This document shows positions 33,099 to 40,532 of a stretch of DNA of 64,000 nt, in pieces (within the stretch, counting starts at the first letter, position 1; every line of letters starts with the position of its first letter). The stretch comes from an uncultured Thermodesulfobacteriota bacterium (GTDB lineage Bacteria > Desulfobacterota > CAZCTP01), in assembly GCA_964501575.1 (NCBI GenBank), contig CAZCTP010000003.1, positions 10,384-74,383 on the forward strand, given 5' to 3'. A program made the position numbers and the translations under genes. The notes below the pieces were generated by a model that was not told where the DNA came from, did not search any database, and saw only the letters and a list, made by a program, of their open reading frames with translations.

Positions 33099-33962
33099 AT
33101 GGATGTAACACAGACTATATGGAGATGGAAGGTAGCTTTTTATCTGTTTCTTGCAGGAGTTGGTGCCGGGAGTTATTTTATAGGAATTATTGAAGATTTT
33201 AGAGGGTATGATTCGGTGGCTACTATAGGTATCTGGCTCGGTGTTATCTTGGTATTTATATCTATCCTATTTTTACTCTGGGATCTTGGAAGACCTGAGA
33301 GATTTTATAAAGCAATAAATAATCCCAATTCATGGATCACAAAGGGTGTTTTTATACTCACTTTATTTGTTGTAGTGGGTATTGTTACTATTTTTATTGG
33401 TAATCCATTAAACTTTTATTTTAAAATTATTGGAATCATATTAGCTATAGCAATAGCTATATATACAGGGGTATTAATAGGAGTCGTTGCTGGAAGACCG
33501 ATATGGGGTAATTCAATGCTTCCTATACTTTTCTTAGTTTCAGCAATATCTACAGGAATAGGTGGAATAATGACTGTATATGTATTTAATATAGGAGACT
33601 TAAGTATTATTGATAGACTTGGATTGTTAGATATATTTCTGATAATATTAGAAGGGCTCGTTATATACCTATATCTTGTTATAATATTCTGGAGATTTCC
33701 AGAGAGTGTTAACATATTGATAAAGGGAAGACTCTCTCTCCAATTCTGGATAGGGCTTATATTTATAGGTCTTATTCTCCCATTGGTATTAGAATATATA
33801 AATCTATATACCGAAGTAGAGATAGTAAAGCTTCTTATTGCTTTTACAACTGGTATATCACTATTAATAGGTGGGTTTTTATTGAGAATTCTGATACTTG
33901 GAGCAGGGATTAGAAGACCTTTATATGTTGGGGTTCCCTTTTATGTACGTCCTGATGAGTGA
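33099..33962 (+). CDS. NrfD/PsrC-family integral membrane quinone-interacting subunit
   Basis: 287 aa, about 8 predicted TM helices, WRWKVAFYLFLAGVGAGSY N-terminal pattern typical of NrfD/PsrC. Confidence 0.75.
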   Translation: MDVTQTIWRWKVAFYLFLAGVGAGSYFIGIIEDFRGYDSVATIGIWLGVILVFISILFLLWDLGRPERFYKAINNPNSWITKGVFILTLFVVVGIVTIFIGNPLNFYFKIIGIILAIAIAIYTGVLIGVVAGRPIWGNSMLPILFLVSAISTGIGGIMTVYVFNIGDLSIIDRLGLLDIFLIILEGLVIYLYLVIIFWRFPESVNILIKGRLSLQFWIGLIFIGLILPLVLEYINLYTEVEIVKLLIAFTTGISLLIGGFLLRILILGAGIRRPLYVGVPFYVRPDE

Positions 33963-33973
33963 GGAGGGTAATT

Positions 33974-35239
33974 ATGCAGATTAGAAGGTTATATGAGAAA
34001 TTTTTATGGGTTGCAGAGCCAATAATATTAAAAATTGAGATTTTAAGAACAGGTTTAAAATTTACAGATGCTGCTAAGAATGCTCTAAAAGAGAGGGATG
34101 ATATATTATTTAAAGGATTCTGGCTATTTTCATATGATAGGGGAGAACCTGTTATGTATGGAGAGAAAATCCCTTTTCTTATAAGACTAAAAGATGAGAC
34201 TCCCATTCAGGTTAGAACAAATGAGAATTCTCCATATTATATAGATTATACTGATGGGAAATATATGCTTTGCGATCCTGATGGGCCACTTGAGGAAATT
34301 TTTTTTGATAGATCTCCAAAATATTATTCTAAAATTCTTTCAGATGGTACTCCAATGGCATCTATTGTCCAGGCAGTTGGCGATCTATTATTTGTAACAA
34401 TAAATAAATATTGCGAAATGTGGAAGGGTGGAAATCAGTGTCTGTTCTGTGATTTCAATGCCCAGACAAGAACTCAATCCCAAAAAGGGGAGGCTACAAT
34501 AGTAAGGAAAACTCCAGAAGTTATTGCAGATGTCTTGGAGATTGCATTCCATGAACCACAGTTCAGATATATGCTTATAACCGGCGGTTCAATTCTATCA
34601 TCTTATGAGGGTAAGAATGAAGTAGAGTATTATTGCGAACATTTAAATACTATAAGAAAGAGACTCAGGGTATGGTATCCAGCGGCATTTCAGATTGGTG
34701 CATTAAAAGAAGATGACTGGAAGAGAATATATGATACTGGAATTGGAACTGTTGAGCCAAATATAGAAGTGTGGGATAAAAGGCTATTTCAGATATTGTG
34801 TCCTGGTAAGGAGAAGGCGGTTGGATATGATGAATGGATAAGGAGAACTATTAAAGCTGTTGATATATTTGGACCTGGTAATGTTGTTCCAAACTTTGTA
34901 ACAGGGATTGAAATGGCAAAACCCTATGGATTTGAAAGATGGGAAGATGCTGTTAAATCTACATTGGATGGATTTGACTATTTGATGGATTATGGAGTCT
35001 TACCAAGGATGGATATGTGGTGTATAGAACCCAATTCTGTTCTTGCGAAATATAATCCAGAACCACCCCCTATAGAATATTATGTACATTTAGAAAAGGG
35101 ATATATGGAATTAAGGGAAAAGCATGACTTTATGACACTACAGGCGGGAATATCAAGATATTCTTATATCCATAACTGTGCTTGTGATTTCGCATACTAT
35201 CATGGGAATGGCCCCGGGTCAAAGAAGATACTTGGTTAA
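33974..35239 (+). CDS. Uncharacterised Cys-rich protein X1 (possible non-canonical radical SAM/TIM-barrel FeS enzyme); paralog of 62235..63512
   Basis: Strong SD GGAGGGT 6 nt before ATG 33974 (the track's GTG at 33959 overlaps the NrfD stop). Conserved with X2: FKGFWLFSYD.GEPVMYG, C-x9-C-x2-C (YCEMWKGGNQCLFCD), ITGG, EPNIEVW, ICPGK, MWCIE, C-terminal CxC. Confidence 0.5.
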   Translation: MQIRRLYEKFLWVAEPIILKIEILRTGLKFTDAAKNALKERDDILFKGFWLFSYDRGEPVMYGEKIPFLIRLKDETPIQVRTNENSPYYIDYTDGKYMLCDPDGPLEEIFFDRSPKYYSKILSDGTPMASIVQAVGDLLFVTINKYCEMWKGGNQCLFCDFNAQTRTQSQKGEATIVRKTPEVIADVLEIAFHEPQFRYMLITGGSILSSYEGKNEVEYYCEHLNTIRKRLRVWYPAAFQIGALKEDDWKRIYDTGIGTVEPNIEVWDKRLFQILCPGKEKAVGYDEWIRRTIKAVDIFGPGNVVPNFVTGIEMAKPYGFERWEDAVKSTLDGFDYLMDYGVLPRMDMWCIEPNSVLAKYNPEPPPIEYYVHLEKGYMELREKHDFMTLQAGISRYSYIHNCACDFAYYHGNGPGSKKILG

Positions 35240-35296
35240 ATAAAGTTTCAAGGGGAATACCCCTTTGAATCAAATTAATTAAAAAGGAGGTTTGAT

Positions 35297-35710
35297 ATGG
35301 CTAATATGACAAAAGAGGTAATGGATATGTTTAATAATCCAGCTGCTTCAAAAGTATTGGCTACAGTAGATTCAAATGGGAAGGTTCACGCAGTCCCCCA
35401 TGGATCTATAGTAGCTATCGGTCCTGATAGAGTAGCATTTGCAAAACTTGTTAAGGGGAAGACATTGGAGAATCTTGAATCTACTAAAAATGTTTCTGTA
35501 ACAGCCTTTGTTCCATCACAACAACCAGGAGAGTCTATAGGTTATCAGATTAAGGGGATATTTGAAGGACTTCAGAATTCCGGTCCACTATTTGATAACT
35601 ACCAATCAAAGATGCCACCTAATATGAAACTGGCAGGGGTTGGAACAATAAAGGTTGAAGAAGTCTATGAGGTAAGTCCTGGACCAAACTGCGGTAAGAG
35701 GCTTGCCTGA
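35297..35710 (+). CDS. PNPOx-like FMN-binding split-barrel family protein (paralog of 11738..12235)
   Basis: 137 aa; shares the ...VLATVDSNGKVHAVPHGS...VAFAKL...YQIKG pattern with the housekeeping-region paralog. Confidence 0.45.
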   Translation: MANMTKEVMDMFNNPAASKVLATVDSNGKVHAVPHGSIVAIGPDRVAFAKLVKGKTLENLESTKNVSVTAFVPSQQPGESIGYQIKGIFEGLQNSGPLFDNYQSKMPPNMKLAGVGTIKVEEVYEVSPGPNCGKRLA

Positions 35711-35736
35711 AAATTTAATATAAAAGGAGGTGTAAG

Positions 35737-38208
35737 ATGGCAAGAGAAGCAGTAGTGAGGAAGATAGTAACTCCAAGAGAAGTAAAAGGAGAACCTTCAA
35801 CTCCAAGATCAAGGATTGTAAGAGAAAGATATTTGAAGGCAGAACCAAGAGTTGATCCTGAAAGAGCATATCTATATACCAAATCATGGAAAGAGACAGA
35901 AGGAGAGCCTGTTGAGATAAGAAGAGGGAAATCATTTAAGTATGTGATGTCAAATCTAACTCCGGTAATAAGAGAAGGAGAATTGATTGTTGGTAATACA
36001 ACAAGGTATGTTCGTGGTTCATCCCCTTATCCTGAATTTTCAGTAAAATGGATGAAAAATGTGCTGAAGCAGGTACTTGATGAGGATGAGAAGTATGTTG
36101 ATGTCGGAACATATACAAAAGAGGCAAATTTTGGTGTATACAAAATAAGTACAGAAGACCTTAATATGCTCAAGGAATGTATTGAATACTGGGATGGGAG
36201 ATCATTGGACTGTCTTGCAAGAAAGTATATAGGTATGACGGATTGGAAGGATGAATTCGAAGCTGGTGAATCTGCTCAATGGTTTACAAGGCTTGGTTCA
36301 GAAATTCCAGAGGGTAGATTGGTGCTTGATTATGGAAAAGTCTTAAAATTGGGATTTAGGGGTATAATAGATGAGGCTAAAAACTGGATGAAATTACTCG
36401 AGGTAGTTACAATGGATGATTTCAGAAAACTTGCTTTCTATCAGGGAGTTATTAATGCATTAGAAGGAGTAATCCAATTTGCAAAGAACTATGCAAATGA
36501 GGCAAGAAGATTATCAAAGGAGGAGAAAAACAGGGATAGAGAAAAAGAACTTCTTGAGATTGCAGAGAGATGTGAATGGGTATCTGAGAACCCTCCAAGA
36601 GGGTTTAAAGATGCTTTACAGCTATACTGGTTTACAGTTTTATCCGGTCAGATTGAAAGTTTTTCATTCGGATTCTCTCCTGGAAGATTCGATCAATATA
36701 TGTATCCCTTCTATAGAAAAGATATAGACGAAGGTAAGATTACAAATAAGGAGGTCCTTGAACTACTTGAGCTATTAAGAGTTAAGTTTACAGAGATTCA
36801 GAGGGTCTGTTCGAGGTTCTGGGAAGGTCATGGTTCCGGTAATCTCTACCAGAATATGATGCTTGGAGGGATGAAAGCCGATGGCGAGGATGCAAGTAAT
36901 GAATTATCTATTCTTGTTCTTCAGGCAGCTATAAATCAGCAGACAACCCAGCCAACTCTATCGGTTAGATGGAATGATAAACTTAATGAGGAATTCCTGT
37001 TAAAGGCTATAGAACTTGTAAAAACCGGGGTCGGTATGCCAGCATGGTTTAATGATGAAGTGGCAATCCAACATTTCTTGGGCTATACTGGCTGCACATT
37101 AGAGGAGGCAAGAGATTATGCAATGGGTGGATGTACAGAAATGACACTTCCTGGAAAGAGATACGGTATTGTTACACCTGGTTTTGTAAATCAGGCGAAA
37201 TGTCTTGAGCTTGCTCTAAATAATGGTGTAAATCCTATAGATGGGAAGCAGCTTGGGCCGAAAACAGGCAAAATTAATAGCTTTGAAGATCTGCACAGAG
37301 CATTTCTCATACAGATGCAAAGGGCTATTGAGCTTATGTGTAAAGGACATGCAATATTAATGGGAGTTCATAGAGAGCTTGTTCCTCTTATATTCCATTC
37401 AGCAGTTATGGATGACTGCCTTGAAAAGGGTTTAAGCATGGATAATGGGGGAATAAGATATAAGGATTCGCCAACAATACTCTCTGTGGGGATGATAAAT
37501 GTTGCAAACTCTATGGCTGCTATAAAAAAGTGTGTATTTGAAGATAAAACATTCACGTTGAATGAGCTTAAAAAGGCATTGATTTCTAACTTTAAAGGAG
37601 ATGGATACGCAAGTGTTCACAGGAAGCTTCTTGATGCCCCTAAGTTTGGTAATGATGATGATTATGTAGACTTAATAGCAAAGGAGTTATACGAAGAGTT
37701 TGCAGAGGAAGTTTATAAATATAAGAACTATTTTGGTGTTCCTTATACCCCTGGAGCTCTTTCAATAAGCAGTCATCCACACTTTGGCAGGGTATGCGGT
37801 GCAAGCCCTGATGGAAGATTGGCAGGTGTCTCTCTATGCGATGGAGCTGTATCTGCATTTCCAGGAACAGATAAAAATGGACCAACATCCCTTGTTAAAT
37901 CCGCAACCAAGGTTGATTCCATTCCCCATATGGTGGTCCTCTTTAATATGAAATTCCATCCAACAGCTTTAAAGGGAATAGAGGGGTCAAAGAAGCTATT
38001 ATCTCTGATTAAGACATATTTTGATAGGGGTGGATGGCATGTTCAATTCAATGTAGTTGATACAAAGATGCTGAGGGATGCCCAGAGGAATCCTGAAAAA
38101 TACAGGGATCTTATTGTAAGGGTAGCAGGATTCAGTGCCTACTGGGTTGAGTTATCAAAGGCGGTTCAGGACGAGGTAATAGCAAGAACCGAGTATGAGA
38201 CATGTTAA
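35737..38208 (+). CDS. Glycyl radical enzyme GRE1 (PFL superfamily), unknown specificity
   Basis: 823 aa; C-terminal glycyl radical motif [13 protein letters not shown] (Gly codon 38128-38130); catalytic Cys loop MGGCTEM (Cys codon 37132-37134) with Glu two residues after Cys, as in GRE eliminases/decarboxylases. Confidence 0.9.
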   Translation: MAREAVVRKIVTPREVKGEPSTPRSRIVRERYLKAEPRVDPERAYLYTKSWKETEGEPVEIRRGKSFKYVMSNLTPVIREGELIVGNTTRYVRGSSPYPEFSVKWMKNVLKQVLDEDEKYVDVGTYTKEANFGVYKISTEDLNMLKECIEYWDGRSLDCLARKYIGMTDWKDEFEAGESAQWFTRLGSEIPEGRLVLDYGKVLKLGFRGIIDEAKNWMKLLEVVTMDDFRKLAFYQGVINALEGVIQFAKNYANEARRLSKEEKNRDREKELLEIAERCEWVSENPPRGFKDALQLYWFTVLSGQIESFSFGFSPGRFDQYMYPFYRKDIDEGKITNKEVLELLELLRVKFTEIQRVCSRFWEGHGSGNLYQNMMLGGMKADGEDASNELSILVLQAAINQQTTQPTLSVRWNDKLNEEFLLKAIELVKTGVGMPAWFNDEVAIQHFLGYTGCTLEEARDYAMGGCTEMTLPGKRYGIVTPGFVNQAKCLELALNNGVNPIDGKQLGPKTGKINSFEDLHRAFLIQMQRAIELMCKGHAILMGVHRELVPLIFHSAVMDDCLEKGLSMDNGGIRYKDSPTILSVGMINVANSMAAIKKCVFEDKTFTLNELKKALISNFKGDGYASVHRKLLDAPKFGNDDDYVDLIAKELYEEFAEEVYKYKNYFGVPYTPGALSISSHPHFGRVCGASPDGRLAGVSLCDGAVSAFPGTDKNGPTSLVKSATKVDSIPHMVVLFNMKFHPTALKGIEGSKKLLSLIKTYFDRGGWHVQFNVVDTKMLRDAQRNPEKYRDLIVRVAGFSAYWVELSKAVQDEVIARTEYETC

Positions 38209-38318
38209 AAAGAGCGGAAGTCCTGAAGTGCTGAGGAACGGAAGTGCGGAAGCAAAGACTTTAGATTTCTGAGTTTTCGTGCTTCTGTTCTCTTATAAAG
38301 TATAAAGGAGATAAAAAT

Positions 38319-39245
38319 ATGGTTGATAATGGAGAGAGAGCTCTTATATTTAATATTCAGAGATATTCTGTCCATGATGGTCCTGGAATAAGAACTACAG
38401 TATTTATGAAGGGATGCCCATTAAGATGTATATGGTGTCAGAATCCAGAAGGTATAAAGGGAAGGGTAGAGATAGGTTATAGCAAAAGATTGTGTTGTAG
38501 AGACTATCTCTGTTTAAAGGCGTGTCCAAATGGAGCAATAACTCTCTTAAAAAACGGAGAGATAAGGATAAATAGGAATATATGTTATCTATGTGAAAAT
38601 AGAAATTGTTTGTCAGTATGTAATACAAGAGCTATAGAACCGATAGGGAGATACATGACAGTTGATGAATTATTAAAAGAGGTTATGAAAGACAGCCTCT
38701 TTTATAGAAATTCGGATGACGGTGGAGTTACCCTATCCGGTGGTGAATCAACAACACAATGGAGATTTGTATTGGAGTTTTTTAAGAAATGTAAAGAGAG
38801 GGGGGTCCATACTGTTCTTGATACATGTGGATATGTTAAATGGGAAAGACTGTTAAATATATTGGAATATACGGATATAATTCTTTACGATATAAAGCAT
38901 ATGAATAGTAAGGAACATAAAAGACTTACCGGGGTTTCAAATGAACTTATTTTAAAGAATGCAGAGAATATTGCTAAGTTAAAGGATAAAAAGGTTATTA
39001 TAAGATATCCTGTTATCCCCGGGTATAATGATTCTATAGAAAACATAGATGCTTTAGGAGAATTTATGAATAAAATAGGTTTAAAGGAGATATGCCTTTT
39101 ACCCTATCACAGATTGGGCTCAGGTAAATATGAGAAAATAGGAAGGAAATATAGATTAGACCATGTTTTGGCTCCAAGTGAATCACAATTAAAGGGAATA
39201 AAGGATATTTTTGATAGAAGAGGGTTTATCTGTTCTATACAATGA
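38319..39245 (+). CDS. Glycyl radical enzyme activating enzyme (radical SAM, with two-ferredoxin insert)
   Basis: 308 aa; CX3CX2C in GCPLRCIWCQN, then two ferredoxin-like Cys motifs (CCRDYLCLKACP, CYLCENRNCLSVCN) as in BssD/CutD/GD-AE-type activases. Confidence 0.9.
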   Translation: MVDNGERALIFNIQRYSVHDGPGIRTTVFMKGCPLRCIWCQNPEGIKGRVEIGYSKRLCCRDYLCLKACPNGAITLLKNGEIRINRNICYLCENRNCLSVCNTRAIEPIGRYMTVDELLKEVMKDSLFYRNSDDGGVTLSGGESTTQWRFVLEFFKKCKERGVHTVLDTCGYVKWERLLNILEYTDIILYDIKHMNSKEHKRLTGVSNELILKNAENIAKLKDKKVIIRYPVIPGYNDSIENIDALGEFMNKIGLKEICLLPYHRLGSGKYEKIGRKYRLDHVLAPSESQLKGIKDIFDRRGFICSIQ

Positions 39246-39802
39246 ATCTTAAAAGGATTTTAAAACTTGATCCGGATAGAATAAGTTTAGGGACAAATAT
39301 AGCCCTTATAGGAGCAATAAGATTTGCAGTGAAAAATAAAAGTAGTGAAGTATACCCTGAACATATTATATATTCCCTTTTTACCATGGAGGATGCTGTT
39401 CTGCCTTTACTGATATCCAATCTTGGAGGCGATCCAGAAGAGGTTATTAGTAGTATAGAAAAGAGAATTAAAGATATTCAGGATAAAAAAAGAGTAGCTG
39501 ATAGAATTGAGAATGTTAAATTGTCTTTCAAATTAAGAAGGATAATAAATGAGGCTCTTAAGGAATCAGAGATGAGAGGAGAGCTTTTGTGTAATGATCA
39601 TCTTATGGTCGCTCTTTTTAAAGAAAAGGGTGGATTATTTTCGGAGATCCTTTTAAGTAATGGTATTAAGGAGTTTGATGTAAAACCCTTCAATTGTGGA
39701 GGATGTCCCAACGTATGTGAAGATATTATTGAATATATTGTAAACGGTGAGGTAATTGGAAGATATGGTGGGATATGTGGAACATGGAGGTTTAACCTAT
39801 GA
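39242..39802 (+). CDS. Stand-alone Clp N-terminal-domain (double Clp_N repeat) protein with Cys-rich C-terminal tail
   Basis: 186 aa; two Clp_N repeats (PEHIIYSLFTMEDAVLPLLISNLGGDPEEV and NDHLMVALFKEKGGLFSEILLSNGIKEF); tail C-x2-C-x3-C...C. ATGA overlap with the AE gene. Confidence 0.55.
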   Translation: MNLKRILKLDPDRISLGTNIALIGAIRFAVKNKSSEVYPEHIIYSLFTMEDAVLPLLISNLGGDPEEVISSIEKRIKDIQDKKRVADRIENVKLSFKLRRIINEALKESEMRGELLCNDHLMVALFKEKGGLFSEILLSNGIKEFDVKPFNCGGCPNVCEDIIEYIVNGEVIGRYGGICGTWRFNL

Positions 39803-39887
39803 AGAACATAGGCGGGAAGAGTGGAAGCGCGGAAGGACTTTGTAATTGGAAGAAATAGAGAATATGTGGAACATGGAGGTTTAACCT
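39773..39887 (+). repeat. Perfect 26-bp direct repeat (39773-39798 and 39862-39887) bracketing a 63-bp GGAAG-rich segment
   Basis: ATATGTGGAACATGGAGGTTTAACCT occurs twice; copy 1 is the 3' end of the Clp_N gene, copy 2 supplies the RBS of the next small ORF. The bracketed segment resembles the GGAAG-rich element at 38209-38265. Confidence 0.8.
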
Positions 39888-39888
39888 G

Positions 39889-40457
39889 ATGCGAAATATA
39901 ACAATTTTGAAGGAATCTGTAATTATAATGTTATCCATTCTATTTTTTGGATTTACCCCTATTAACAGGAACTATCTTGGAATAGATATTGGCATATCCC
40001 CTGATGAGTTTGTTAAGAGAACAAATGGAAAGGAGGTGACATACAATCTTTTTCATGTAAAGGATGAGAGAACAATCTTTTTCATGTAAAGGATGAGAGA
40101 ATATTCGAAGCTGTGGATTATAAGAAGGGTGTAAATATCCATTCATATTTTTATAAGGGGGTCCTATATAGATTTGATGTGGAATATCCTGCTGACTGTT
40201 TACCCTGTGAATCATTATGGAATAATGAGATCAGAACTTTCTTTAAAGCTTATAATGCCCCAATGATTAATAATGAGGCTATTTCCGTATGGAATGACGG
40301 CAAGACAGAACTTATATTGTTTAAGAAGAGTAAAGTAATAATATTAAGAGATGATAGGGTAGCAGATATAATAGAAATGGAGGAAAATAAAAACCCTCTT
40401 ATCAAGAATATGGAAGAAAAGGCAAGAAATATATTTAAAGATAAAAATAAAGAATAG
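39889..40457 (+). pseudogene. Small membrane-anchored protein gene split by a 29-bp tandem duplication (frameshift)
   Basis: ORFs 39889..40089 and 40113..40457 become one continuous about 180-aa frame if one copy of the 29-bp unit is removed (...LFHVKDER|IFEAVDYKKGVNIH...). Confidence 0.5.
40044..40101 (+). repeat. 29-bp perfect tandem duplication (CAATCTTTTTCATGTAAAGGATGAGAGAA x2)
   Basis: Units at 40044-40072 and 40073-40101 are identical; the duplication introduces a TAA at 40087-40089 in the second copy. Confidence 0.85.
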
Positions 40458-40532
40458 AATGAGAGAATATTTTTACTCTAATGATTTTAAAATTAATTTT
40501 TAATCTAATAATTTTGATTAAGGAGGTGCTTT

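Noticed and set aside
35250-35265. AAGGGG-AATA-CCCCTT hairpin directly after the X1 stop codon
   Set aside because: 6-bp GC stem with tetraloop but no following U-tract, so not a convincing intrinsic terminator; possibly an mRNA stabiliser. Too weak to call.
35240-35736. Looked for BssB/BssC-like small-subunit ORFs around the GREs
   Set aside because: Gaps around GRE1 and GRE2 are 27-111 bp with no ORF of 50-100 aa carrying Cys-rich small-subunit features; the only small gene is the PNPOx-like protein.
38255-38300. Possible terminator hairpin GAAGCA...TGCTTC after GRE1
   Set aside because: Stem is only 6 bp with a 25-nt loop and weak U-tract; not supportable as a terminator.
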